This document shows, piece by piece, positions 38,507 to 50,715 of a stretch of DNA of 64,000 bases. The DNA comes from Fistulifera solaris. Its lineage: Eukaryota. Each line of letters starts with the position of its first letter. The stretch's first letter is position 1. The notes beneath the pieces are model-generated. The model saw only the letters and a program-made list of their open reading frames with translations. It searched no databases and was not told the DNA's origin. A program made the translations under genes and the position numbers. The stretch is from contig AP026169.1 in the NCBI GenBank assembly GCA_030295235.1, positions 248,001-312,000 on the forward strand. The letters run 5' to 3'.

Positions 38507-38924
38507 GAAGTACACAATTTCCCGCAGCTTTCTGCGAAATTGCGAAATGCGAAACACAAAAAAAGAAAAAATGCCAACATGCGTCATAGCTTCTATCAGC
38601 TGGGGTGTCGTGTGTCGTCCTATCCTGTCCATTTCAGTTGTAATCAAGAATCAAGAATCAAGAATCAATCATCAATAATCAAAGATCAAAAATTGATAGT
38701 CTAGATCCTCGAGTGAGCAACAGCCACCTTTTCTCCTATATTAAAAACAAACACAGTTATACAAAGTACTCATACGTTTTCACGATATTGGTTCTTTAAT
38801 CTCGCTATGCTACTACTCTTACTTTTGGAAGCTCTTCCTAAGCACTCCCAATAATTTGATTGTTGCACGTCGTGGACATCAGCATTGCTAACCTGAAGAG
38901 CCGATGTCGGATAGGTAAGACTTG

Positions 38925-39791
38925 TCAATTTTTTCGTAAAAGGGACAGCAGAAGATCCTGTGTCGAAAGCTGCTGCGAGATGGGGTCGATGGGCTGCTGG
39001 CCCTGTAGGCGACTAGCCAACGCCTGCAACTGCATTTGATTTTGTTGATACCTTAGCTGCTGATCGAGTTGTAGTTGGTTGATGGTATTTTGCTGCTGAC
39101 GTAGATTCATGAGCATGATGCTATTTGACTGCTGCTCGTGCAATTGTCGTAGAAGCGCTTCGTTTTGCAGCTGCTGAAGGGTGATGTCGTTCGAAACCAT
39201 GCCGATGTTGGCGAGTGGGACCGGAGGAGGGTTGGGTAACCCGGGCAGTCCTACGGGTCGCACAAGAGATTGAAGATCATGCGAGGCGTCGAAGACTTGC
39301 TGTGAAGACACTTGCGTGGTATTGGGGCTTACCGTGTCATCCAAACGATTTGGTAGAGCGCCGTCGAGCGCGGCGCGTCCGATTCTTGTAGAACGGATAA
39401 TGTTTTCATTGTACTCTTCCATAGCTTTACGATATCGTTTGTTATCCTCGCGAGCGATCTCTTCGTACTTTGACCTGTCCTTGAGCGCCTTCCATTTCGA
39501 GGCAATGGCGTCCGACATTTGCAGGAACTTCGACTTGCCACTAAAAAATCGAGAAAGCTTTGTGAAATAAGGGTGACAAGAAAAGCAATTCATCTTTGAT
39601 CTTACCTCGCGTTTGCTTGACTATTTCCTTGATCTTTCTCTTCCTCATTCAGCCATCGTAAACGCTCTTCCTTAAAAAACACATTGTAAGCGCTCATGGG
39701 GCGCTTTGGTAAGCCTTCCCTCTTGACTTTTTTTGACTCGATTGGCTTTTGCCGGAGGTTTTTTCTCTGATGCATCGAAATGAGGATGCAT
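38925..39791 (-). CDS. HMG-box transcription factor with Gln-rich C-terminus (5' end uncertain)
   Basis: LPKRPMSAYNVFFKEER, intron about 39606-39541, F..MS..IASKWKAL...YEEIAREDNKRY, followed by a Q-rich tail. Confidence 0.85.
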
Positions 39792-40941
39792 ATCGCAGTT
39801 GGTGGCGTTCTTTATTTCTTTTGTGAAATTGAGGGCCGCTGACTTGGAAGTAGAAGCGCAGAAAACTTCCTGTTGTATGTTGTTGTGTTTTCGGCCCTGG
39901 ATAAATATTTGAGCAGATGTTTGTTCCGCTGGATGGTGGGTGCCGTCGATTGTCTTGTTGCAAAAGAATACCCTGGTACGGCTCTTTGCTGTATGTGCCC
40001 GGAATGCTGTAGTCATCTCCTTTCGAACGATGACGAAACCGCCGCAGACCTCGTACGTAGCGAGAAGCGTGACGGAAATGATCAGGTGGCTGTGGGCCGG
40101 TGTACAATTGCCTAGAATGTAGGCCCTTGAGTTAAAGGTTAAAAGCAGTAGATACTCTCCAGCAGATTGTAGATTATGACTACGTATGGTCCACTCAACA
40201 CACTTACTCTCGTTGGTATTCTCCCCGAGTTTATTATTTAAGGCTAATTTTTTCGAACTGCAACAACGTATAATATCATTTCGGATGTCCGATCCTGCGT
40301 CAGAACGAAACAGAACTGTTGAAGTTGATACTTGTACAAGCGGGCGGGTAGCGGTGTTTGGGATTGGATTTGTGATTGGTGATTGGGACACACTCCGGGA
40401 TTGGGTCATGGGTATGCAACGAAAATAATGAGCTTTGAATGATCTAAAAACAAGAGCTAAGACCGAGTGTCTACTAGTAAAATCTAATGCATTACGCAAT
40501 ACCGCAAACCTCAATACAGTAGCATTGGAAATAGATTTTGCGTCTTGCTACTATCCAGATCCAGTTAAGATTTTAGTTCTTTATTATTTAGACTTATTTT
40601 TAAATCACACGTTCAATAAGGAGTGCAAAGCACTGAGATAGAGAAGATTCCTCATGATAAAGGCCCAATTTCTTAATGCCATTATCAGTCATCTTATCAC
40701 ACAAACGCACGCGTTTCGTGTGTCAAATGTTTGATTCAAAAGTGAAATAATTATCGTGGAGCTTCGTGAATCACGAGTCCCAACCTTACTGAGTCCTGGA
40801 CCAAAGTGTGAAACGTTCGAGTGGACGCAACTCTTCGAGGATAAAAGCGGAGCAATCAATCGCTCTTTTGTCACTATTGCATTCCTTCATTAACTGTTCT
40901 CTACGTTGTATATTTTCTCAGGTGATTAAATAAAAACTGAA

Positions 40942-42108
40942 ATGAAGGTTTCCTGGGCGAATCAGTTCGAAGCGAAACTAGCAACTTTGGGACCCTTGTC
41001 TTCGAGGGAAACGATTTTAACCGTCGCGCAATGGGTAGCGTTCAATCGCAAACGCATCAGCAATTTCATTCCCGTCTTTGAAGATCACTTACGCAAGCAA
41101 CCAGATCTCGCATTCAACTTGATGCACGAGATTTTGCTAATGTATCACAACACGGGTCGATGGGAAAGTATGGAGGAAGTTCGACTGGCGTTGGGGGAGC
41201 AAGTGCTATTGAAGAATGCGCCGTCGCATATTCCCGCCGAAAAATTAGCCGCGTGGGATGACTTGAATGTATTTGGTAATCCCATGATAGTCAATCAGTT
41301 GCGAAAGAAAATGAAAGATAAAGAAGCAAGTCATTCCGCGGCTGACTCTGCCGGGGAAATGAATTCAGGAGGCACGGCGACGCCCGCATCTCGTGATGTG
41401 GTCGAAGCTGCTGCGTCGATCGTTGCAAAAGAAAGCCCATTACCAGACCCAGCATCTACATTAGCATCGACTGCAGATCGTTTTCCCAAGGACAGTAAGC
41501 GCGGAGAAGTTGTATATGATTTTGAAAGTTACGGTATACCAGCGTCCGCGGTCGATGCTACGCAATTCCAAGAACCTTGTCGAAAGATTGTGACTCTCCA
41601 GATTGCTCGGGATCTCCGCAATGACAGTGCGGTGCAACTGTCATCCGCACTGTCGGGCATGCCGGAAGATATCCGCTCGGCATGTGCGAAAGCTGCGGAA
41701 GACCCCGAGTATAGTATCGACGCGGCTACCGCCAAAGATTTTTCGATGCGAATCAGCAGCACGCTACTCGACACGAATCTCGAAGAACAACTCGAGAATG
41801 TCAAGGTATTCCGCGGTGTCGTCGATTCCCAACGCCAAGCCCGCAGTGAACTCATCCGATTACTCGTTCAGTCTCGCTGCAATTTCGGGGCAGACGATGC
41901 GGCAAAAGCCTTTTATCAAGCGGATCGCGCCAAAGCGGATTTGCAGCATCGAAAAATAATATTACTGGATGCCATGGAACTCGAAGGTTTGGATGTGGGT
42001 GTGGACGAGCAGTGCGATGTAGCCCTGACGAGTGATCTAGCCCCTTTGGACTGGTACAAGACTTCCGATGATGAACCACCTGTCAAGAGAGTAAAAGTGG
42101 ATATTTAA
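40942..42108 (+). CDS. RNA polymerase II CTD-interacting domain (CID) protein, RPRD1/Rtt103-like
   Basis: FEAKLATL..SRETILTVAQWVAFNRKR...FNLMHEIL...WDDLNVF resembles a CID; C-terminal coiled coil and an NLS-like PPVKRVK. Confidence 0.65.
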   Translation: MKVSWANQFEAKLATLGPLSSRETILTVAQWVAFNRKRISNFIPVFEDHLRKQPDLAFNLMHEILLMYHNTGRWESMEEVRLALGEQVLLKNAPSHIPAEKLAAWDDLNVFGNPMIVNQLRKKMKDKEASHSAADSAGEMNSGGTATPASRDVVEAAASIVAKESPLPDPASTLASTADRFPKDSKRGEVVYDFESYGIPASAVDATQFQEPCRKIVTLQIARDLRNDSAVQLSSALSGMPEDIRSACAKAAEDPEYSIDAATAKDFSMRISSTLLDTNLEEQLENVKVFRGVVDSQRQARSELIRLLVQSRCNFGADDAAKAFYQADRAKADLQHRKIILLDAMELEGLDVGVDEQCDVALTSDLAPLDWYKTSDDEPPVKRVKVDI

Positions 42109-42401
42109 ATCTCTTTAGCTTTTTCTGAATTTACTTGCGTTGCTGTCTGATTTTCTAGTTGTTGCTTCTGAAATTGCTAGATCAAGTCTCAGGGCCTTCG
42201 CGAGTGCGTGCTAAACCTAAATATGTCTGCCCGTAGTACGTCGTGACGCCTAGCCGCATAATACCTGGTAGAACTCGCAGAAACAAAATTTCGCGACCAT
42301 TATGTTTGTTGCTATCGTAATGTTCAACAAACCCAATCCATTAACTATCTTCTTCTATTCATCCAACATTTGTTCCTATATCGACTGCTTAAATTGCCAG
42401 G

Positions 42402-43209
42402 ATGAGGATAACGGCGGAGTTACTGGCTCAAGCCGAACAGAGAACAAATCCTCTAGGAGAACGTGAACTTGTACTGCAGGGGCTCGGTATCCCTGCAATA
42501 GAAAATGCAGCGGCCAGTAGAGACGCTTTTGATTGCTGGGATATTTCCAACAATAGAATAGCGAGACTCGACAACTTTCCGAAACTCACAAGGCTTAGTA
42601 GTCTCCTTTGTTCCGGCAACCTAGTCGAATCGATCGACGCGAAAAATCTGGCCTCCAATCTGCCGAATTTAAAATATCTGACTCTCTCATTCAACAACAT
42701 TTCTTCACTAGCAGAAATAGCTAATCTTGGAAAAGCATTCCCGAAACTTGAATACCTTGATTTGGTGGGGAATCCTGTCACACGTAAGTCATTTTTGCGA
42801 ATAAATATCTCCTGTCGTTTGCTCGATGCTTTACTTACCCGTTCGTATCTTGATTCTGAAAAGGGCGTCAATACTATCGATTATATGCAATCAACAATCT
42901 ACCATCACTGAGAGTCCTTGATTTTGTGAAAATTAAGCCTGCGGAGCGAGATCGAGCACGGCGACTCGCGAACAGTGCCGCGGGGGCCGCACTCGAGAGT
43001 GATGTACGATCGGATCGAGCCAAAACGTTTGAACCTGGGGAAGGAATGGGCGGTAAATCTTTTGTGGCCGCCAGTTTCACAGCCGAGCAAAAGATAGAAT
43101 TCGTGAATTGCTTGCCAAGGCGTCGTCAGTACAAGAAGTGGAAGAAATTGAAAGCGCTGTTAGACGGGGAGTTTTACCTGCAGCATTAGAAAATCTTGCA
43201 AGTAGATAA
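42402..43209 (+). CDS. SNRPA1: U2 snRNP protein A' (LRR)
   Basis: MRITAELL...NPLGERELVL.G..IPAIEN, LRR repeats, GNPVT|R..YRLY...LRVLDF.KIK..ER; intron from about 42784; C-terminal indel near 43095. Confidence 0.92.
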
Positions 43210-43486
43210 TAGCATTATGATTTACGAGAAATTTGCCTTTACAAATAATTTGAGATACGCTGGTGACAGATTCATGAGGTAACAGTTCTCTACTAACTGA
43301 AAATATTCAAACTTGGAAGGATCGCCCGGGTCTTTGACTACCAAAGGGCAGCCAAATTCGTATAACAAGTATTTCTCGCTTTATGATCTTCATAACATGC
43401 TTTTCAGGTGATCGGCAGTTGCGGTGAACCAGATAGATCAAAATATAATCTTTTTATTAAATACTCCGCATATTCTTTTTGCAAAA

Positions 43487-43568
43487 CGACATCGACAGGA
43501 CTCGAACCTGCGCGGGTGAAACCCAAATGATTTCGAATCATTCTCCTTAACCACTCGGACACGATGTC
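43487..43568 (-). tRNA. tRNA-Ser (CGA)
   Basis: Reverse complement GACATCG-TGTCCGAGTGGTTAAGGAG-AATGA-TTCGAAA-TCATT, long variable arm, GGTTCGAGTCC, CGATGTC-G. Confidence 0.96.
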
Positions 43569-43756
43569 TCATCCGTTATGAGGAGTAACAACATATTTAA
43601 TTTTATGTTTTTACCCGTTCAGAATTTGGGAGTTTAAATCTTTTGGGGAAATGCCAGTCTCAAGGTTGTCTTATTACAACGACGAATCAGTGTGATAAAT
43701 GATAAAAGGTATTTGACTACTTTATAGATTGTGATTATTCTAGTCATTAGAAGGAT

Positions 43757-46700
43757 CTATACTTCGGTTAGGTCAGGCTGATCAGTGAGTTGAGTCATCA
43801 TGTCCGCGAGACTGTACTTCGTGTTCTGGAAAACTTTACGGAACAGTGGTTCAAGGGCAGTATACTTGCTATGGGGTTGTTGGATATTGTTGTGCATAAT
43901 TTGGCATATTTTTGCCAGACGAACAATGCGATTCTTGAGTTCGTTACGGCGGTCGGTATCTTGATCCTCCGTAAAGCCCTTTTGTTTCGAAACAAGCATC
44001 TCGTATACGCCTTTATCCAAAGGCAGACCGATGTCACCTTCTTCCGATGCAGCAGGGAGAACCAAAACGACTTTAGCTTTCTCTTCCTTAGGCAAGTCGA
44101 GGCTATTTAGGAGTTCTGTATGACTATGAAGAATCTTCTCCGTTTCCAACCATAGTTCCTTGGCATCTTCGTTCGTAGCTTTGCCGTCAGCGACGTCAAT
44201 ACGGATGAGTTGCTGAAGACTCATGTCTCCCTCTTTGGCTGGGCAGCGGTCAACGGCGTGCAGCAAAACAGTGAGGAACTCATTCTGAGTCGAGTCACTT
44301 TCCTTGTAACTCTTCGTCTTGTTAAAGCAGAATCTCAAGTACATGAGCTCGAGCAGAGCTGTGAGATAAATGCCTTCTGGCAAGAAATCGTGCATTTCCC
44401 AAATCGCTGACAATACATTGTGATCCATCGCAAGACGGTTGTCCTCATCGATGTAACCAAGTTGAACCAGAAAATTGCGAGAGAGTTCAAAGTAGTCCTC
44501 GTATATCTTCGTTTTATTGCAGAACTCTTCAAGAGTTGTCCCGCACATCCAACGCATCTGTTCCTCGGTAACGGTGGGAAAGATGTTCTTTGTCTTTTCA
44601 TTCTTCTCAAGGCAGTGGCGAAGGGCGAGGGTGCGGACGCATCGTCGGTATCGTGAATGAAATGCTTCGTGTCGTCAGGATCATTCGATGCAGCGAGTGC
44701 TTGTTGAAGACACATAGTAGGGTAACGGGGTTCCTTGCCAGTGACGATGCTGATCTGACCGAGCATAAGATTTTCGATATAAGGCCAGTCCATACCGAGG
44801 TAAATAATGTTTCCTTGGACATCCAAACCACGCCGACCGGCACGCCCTTGCATTTGCTGAGCAATAAGTGGCGTCAAATCGTCACCCATGTCACCACAGA
44901 AGATGCAGGAACGGAAGGGCATATTAACTCCATAGGCAAGGGCGTCGTCTGAAAACACTACCGCCAAACGACCTTTCTGGGCAAGCATTTGCACTTGTCG
45001 GCGATAGCAAGAGAAACCAATTTCATTGGTGTAAATAGCGATACCTCGGCGCAAACCACGAATCAGAGCATGATTGACATCAACATTCTCTCCAGCCTTC
45101 TTCATATCGGCGATGATGCTCTCTATTTCGTTGTAGCTCAATCTCTTTCCTGCAGCAGCGTAGACATACTTGTCATGGGGCTTAGTGGTATCTTCTTGGA
45201 TCAGCGATTCGTCGACGAATCCAGCCTTGGCTTCTTCTTCGGCTTCGGCGGCGTTCTCGCGGCTGGCTTTTCCCGCGGCAACCTTTCGCATGTGTGCTTT
45301 CTCCCTTGCAACTTTGATCAGGTCCTTACGGTAGTTCGGGAACTCGATCATCTGTTCACTTTCCAGACGCGCTAGGAGAGTCTTGAACATATTAAAAGCA
45401 CCATACGTGTTCAGCTGAAAAGCAACAGCTGGAAGAAGGTCGCTTTGCTTCAGTTGATCGACGACGCCATAGATCGTATCGCTAACGTCGGTTTTCGCAG
45501 TCAATGGCGGAGGAAGCTGGGCTTTCTGTAAGCGGGCATAGAGATCTGGATGGGACTGAGAAAGCTGCGTCAAACGCTTTTTGAGATGCACCTCGTAATC
45601 CTTGGTTTGGCCCAAAGTGACGCGCTTGCTTTCGCTCACGCGCTGAGCAAAAAGTTATCCGGATCGTCAAGCTCCTCTAGAACTGTCGATGGGAAGATGG
45701 CTCTCATTCGTTTCCACAAATCCATAAGATCAGTGGGGGTCATGCTCAAGGACTCGATAAGCTCAGGTTGCTCACGAAGGCGATCAGGCGTCATTGCAGC
45801 AAGAGGGTGAAGTTTCACGAGCTTCTCCTTCACCTTTCCGTCTTTTCCTTCGGCTTCTACCGCAACATATCGCTGCAAGTTGATGAATCTAGCGAAATGC
45901 TCTGTGAGGAGAACATCGGCCTTGACCGGGCCATCGATAACAGTTGCCTCCAAATGCTGTTGTCGAACCGACTCAAACCAGTCCTTCAACTTGGTAGCAT
46001 TTCCAATGGTAGCACTCAACGCCAAAACGGGACAGTTGCAAGCCTTAATGATTCGCTGTAATGCATCGCCTTCTGGTCCGTTGAGGGTGTGCACTTCATC
46101 CAAGACGAGATATTCGAACTGGTTGTATCCACCGTCCAATACCATGAACTCTCGTTCTCCTTTCGTCATTTCCTCACCGGCAGCACCGCGTACTTTGCTG
46201 AGACTCTTTTCGAGAGCCTTGGGGGTACCAATGTAGACTTGCGCTTCACCAGTAACTTCCTGAAACGTAATAAGGTCGGTACAGACTGTCACATTTCCCT
46301 TGAAAAATTGGTAGTAGGTGGATGCGACCTGCCAGACAAGAACCTCACTGGGCAAGACGAAAAGAACGGTGCCTTTCGCATTCTTACAGGTGTACGTACT
46401 AAGAAGTGTCTTTCCGGAAGAGGTAGGTGCGCAAACGACAGCCGACTTGCGTTCATCTATGGCCTCCAAAACATTGCACTGCCAGTCTTCGAGCTGGAAA
46501 CGGCGATTGTACTTGGAGAGAGGCGGAAGCCGGTCGGGCATATCCGTGAGTTGGAACGAAATGAGACTTTCCTTGCTGTTCATGATCTTGCGGGCGTACT
46601 TGAGAGAATCTTTATAACTACCACGAGCGTCTCCTCCGTCCTTGTAGAGACTTTTCAGAGTCTGCGCTTCATGGCTGAGCACCACCTTGGTAGGTTCCTT

Positions 46701-47595
46701 CGTGTCTTTTTCCTTCTTATCTTTCTTACTGCTCTTCTTGGGATCCTTCTTGTCCTTCTTAGAATCTTTCTTATCTTGATCTTTCGCTTCCTTTTTGGCC
46801 GCCTTATCCAAATTGACTTCGTCATCGGCACTTTTGAACGATGGCATTTCTTCCAAGGCCCACAAGATATCCAAGATCTCCGCTTCACTCGAGTGGACCG
46901 ATCCTTGCTGATGATCACAGACCGCCAAATGCAACATCTTGATCATGCGATGGATCTTCCCCGACGTCGTCTCGCACTGCGTTTCCTGCAATGCCTTGAG
47001 TGTCTTGAGGTTGGATAGTTTTTGCAAATCACGCTCCAAATCTTTCTTGTGTTTTTCCGCCGCATTGGACTCTTTGATCGACTCGGCGGCGGATTTCTTC
47101 TTCTCGACGCCCTTCTTTCCCGCCTTTTTCTTCAAGGCTTCCGCGTCTTCGGGTTTCTCATCTCCCGCGGCTTGCGCGGAACGACGGCGTTCCTTTTCTT
47201 CTTCCCATTTGCGGGCCGGATCGAAGATGGAGCCTTCCGGCGGAGCCATATCACGAAGAATGATAGGAATTGAAGATCGTTGTTTGATGGTGGTAATAGC
47301 TTTGCGCGTTTCCTTGTCAAATACCTACAATGAACGAAAGCATTTGTTGTGAGTCAAACGTTGCGCTTTGGAGCGATACGCTGCAAGTCGTATACTACAA
47401 CAATCCGCACACTCTCACCTTCGCGTATCCATCTCTATACATCAAAGACTGGCGATCAATAAAGAAAAGATCAAAGGTACGGATGTTGAAAATGAGCTCC
47501 GCATCATCCACCGGGGCGGCAGCCCCCGTGGAGGGAGTCACGGCATTTGCATTGTTGGCATTCGTTTGCCTCTGAGGCTGGGGAACCAAGGACAT
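43757..47595 (-). CDS. Ski2-like DExH RNA helicase, DDX60-like
   Basis: APTSSGKT, DEVH, LSAT, LRRGIA, LAYGVNMP, QMQGRAGRRG. Exon 1 MSLVPQ...GYAK (47595-47419), intron 47418-47325; indels near 45650 and 44578. Confidence 0.88.
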
Positions 47596-48107
47596 AAAAC
47601 GTGGAACGGTTTTGTTTGTTTTCTGGTTTCTCAATGAAAGATATCGAAAGGCTTTTTTGGGTTTTTGATGATTGCAGCTCCAGCAACAACACTCTACACG
47701 TTTGCTTCTCGATAGGATGTGATGTGATTGAGCGTACTGGTAGTCCACAAAATAGGCGGTTTTCACACCATGAAACGGAACATCTGTTGCTGCATGTTTC
47801 CTTCACACGATAACCGATAACTCCCTCCACACGGTCGGCGGAGGAACGAACGAAGTTTCAGCCTTCCAAAACGTTGATTGGCTCCTTCAACATGGCCTTC
47901 CCTTTGTAAAGTGATGCGTCGCTGCGGTTTTCTTTTCTTCGTCGATGGACTTGCTGAAGGATTGACAGACGATGCCGTCGTTTCGTATATCTTTTGGTGC
48001 CGCTCGCAGCTCGCATCCACTCAAAAAAAAAAAGCAATTTCCGAAACTCATCGCAACATGATGGTTGCTTTCCCTAATTACAAAATTGAACTACTACATA
48101 TTGCAAT

Positions 48108-48893
48108 ATGAGTCAACCATGGCTTAGAAATCGCAATCACTTGTTTGTATTATGCAACTTACGAACAGACGGGCGCAAGGCCAGCGAAATTCGCCGCATG
48201 CGCTTCCAAATGGGCGTCGTCGATCGAGTCGCGGGGAGTGCCTTGGTCGAAATGGGCTTGACGGCAGTCTTGGCGACGGTGACCGGACCTACCGAATGCA
48301 TTCGTCGTACAGATGAACTCCATGATCGAGCGGTCTTACAAGTACACTTTGCGGCGGCGCCATTTTGTACGGCCGATCGACGGCACGTCCCAACGAACGA
48401 TCGACGATTCCTCGAAGCGGCGCGTCTGGTACAGCGGGCTTTGGAAGCTTCTATTTTCTTGCATCTGTATCCGCGGTCGCTCATTCAAATACATATTACC
48501 ATATTGTCGGAAGACGGCGGTCGTCTTTGTGCGGCGATCAACGCCGCGAGTTGTGCGGTCGTACACGCCGGGCTCGCCGTCAAAGATATCGTCTGCGCGT
48601 GTGCCGCCGGAGGCGTTGATCCGGTCATGGTCGACTTGAATCGCCGAGAAGAAATGGACAACATCAACATGGCGTGTGCGATGCTTCCGCAGCGGGGCAC
48701 GATTGTTCTTTCGCAGTGTGAGGCGCGATTGCCCTCACGGGAAGCCCTCGATCGGGTGCTCGAAACCGCCATGGACGGGTGTCGAGCGGTATTTGCCGTC
48801 ATGGAAGCAGCGATTCGAGAAAATGCGACATTACAGTGGAGTTCGAAGCGCGGAAAGGCCATTGTGGCATTGTCTGAAACAAACGTAGTTTGA
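48108..48893 (+). CDS. RRP41: Exosome core subunit Rrp41 (RNase PH family)
   Basis: RTDGRKASEIR, GSALVEMGLTAVLATVTGP, YPRSLIQI, DGG...AAINAA. Confidence 0.9.
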   Translation: MSQPWLRNRNHLFVLCNLRTDGRKASEIRRMRFQMGVVDRVAGSALVEMGLTAVLATVTGPTECIRRTDELHDRAVLQVHFAAAPFCTADRRHVPTNDRRFLEAARLVQRALEASIFLHLYPRSLIQIHITILSEDGGRLCAAINAASCAVVHAGLAVKDIVCACAAGGVDPVMVDLNRREEMDNINMACAMLPQRGTIVLSQCEARLPSREALDRVLETAMDGCRAVFAVMEAAIRENATLQWSSKRGKAIVALSETNVV

Positions 48894-49503
48894 GACGTTT
48901 TCGAGTTGCAACCAAAGAGGTGAGATTACTTTGTGCATGTGCGTATCGATTTTATTTAGAATCTTCTATTCGTTTCCACCCAAAGCAAATGAGGAAAAAC
49001 TATACTTTACTTTTCATATACCTCTGAAATTAAAAACATTGAGGACACATCTTCCTGTGGTTCTGATGCTTCTGGGTATTGTTTGGCAATGACGACAATT
49101 TTTAGCGTATACACTTGAGGTGCATATCGCACGTTGCAAGCTTAATCTTTGAGATCGGCAGCCAAATCGTTACGAATTGGGATATGTGAGATGCAAGTCT
49201 AGCACGGATACTCACATAGTTTGTTTGTTCCATTTCTACAGATCTCATCGTCGGTCACTCGGAACTCGATGCGTCAAGCCTTTCATATCAATCTATATTA
49301 AAGGGCATTTTTGTCCTTTTTCAACAAATGTTTTCTGATGAACCGCTTGCGAAGGTTAAAATTCGATTATGCGAGTCTCTCAGAATCGCTTTAATGTACA
49401 TAATGTTTTATTGAAATCGTTTAAATAAGAAAAGACCCCTTTCGAGTTAGTTTGGTTGTTAACTAGCCCATTCTCGACAAAATAATAACAATTCATTATT
49501 AAA

Positions 49504-50328
49504 CTAGCCTTCTTCTTTTGCCCACAGATCATTGGACATGCGCAATGCCGCCGCTTCGAAATCACGTGCAGCAACCTCGGTAGCTGGAGTATCAAAGAGC
49601 TGGGCTGCCACATCCGGACTGAAGGTAAACGTTACCAATCCCGCCGCTGCTAACTCTACTAAAGTATCAGTCGACCGCAGGCTTGCGACGAGAATGCGAG
49701 TGTGTCCTTTCAATCCTTGCACAACTTGATGTGCTTGGATACAAGCTTGCGTCGCCCGCACGGGAGACTGCCATTGATCCGCCAATCTCCCATGATACGG
49801 AGCCAAGTACTCGGCTCCTACAGTTGTCGCCAACAAGGCCTGCTTGGGCGGATCATAACCCACCGTGAGACACACACGACAGCCACTTTGAATGAGGTGT
49901 GATGCCACTTGCGTTCCCTCGAATGTGGTGGGCACTTTGATGACGATCCGGTCACGGGAAGGTGCCGATAATTCCATACCGCGCTGGTACATGGCTCCAA
50001 TCGCATCTTCCGATCCTCCGGCCCATGTTTGTACCATGATCTCATCGACGTGTTGGAGTGCTCGGTGACACAAAGTGTGGAGGTGAGGTACGGTACAGGG
50101 TTGTTGCGCACGCTCCAAGAGCAATGGATTGGTAGTAACACCGGTGAAAATTCCCGTGGGAAGCCACTTGTCCCATTCGTTTGGATCGGCCGTGTCAAGG
50201 AAGAAACGCGCCTTGCCCCGCATCTCTGGAGTGAAAGTGTGGACGTACTGCCACAATAAACAGATGGTTGTATAGAGAAGCGATCGCTTTTTCGCACTCA
50301 TCTTTGCTTTTCCCATCGCTCCGATCAA
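49504..50328 (-). CDS. Transaldolase-family class I aldolase (TalC/FSA type), probably organelle-targeted
   Basis: FFLDTAD, GVTTNP, Schiff-base IVIKVP, YLAPYHGR, ILVASLR; hydrophobic N-terminal extension. Confidence 0.88.
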   Translation of the reverse strand: MIGAMGKAKMSAKKRSLLYTTICLLWQYVHTFTPEMRGKARFFLDTADPNEWDKWLPTGIFTGVTTNPLLLERAQQPCTVPHLHTLCHRALQHVDEIMVQTWAGGSEDAIGAMYQRGMELSAPSRDRIVIKVPTTFEGTQVASHLIQSGCRVCLTVGYDPPKQALLATTVGAEYLAPYHGRLADQWQSPVRATQACIQAHQVVQGLKGHTRILVASLRSTDTLVELAAAGLVTFTFSPDVAAQLFDTPATEVAARDFEAAALRMSNDLWAKEEG

Positions 50329-50715
50329 TTGAGCTCTCCTTATTTGCTTGTCGTAACTGTTTTGTTTTTTTGGGCTTGGTGTTTTGATCTAGTTACTTTT
50401 TTATTTCCTTGGTCTTTCGACGAAAATGAGAAAGCGGTGTTTGGATGCCGATGAAAGTCAAGTTTGTAAATGAGCCTTAAGATCCTACCGGTACTCTCTC
50501 TAGCGTCAGCAGGTAGCACGTTTTACAACAGGATGATAAATGTAGAGTGGCCTTTCATGTTCGAAGGTTGCAAAGCAACAAAAATTAAAAAAAAGGGAGT
50601 TACACTATTATTTTTGTCGTCGATGATGGAACCTTCGAAATCTTCATCATCCGAACTGCAATCTATCTAGTTTGCTATACGGCCTTCTGTTATCAGCGCT
50701 TCAAGTCATAATAGT

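Noticed and set aside
39672..40514. 280-aa ORF as an independent gene
   Set aside because: No recognisable domain; only its 3' part plausibly belongs to the HMG-box gene.
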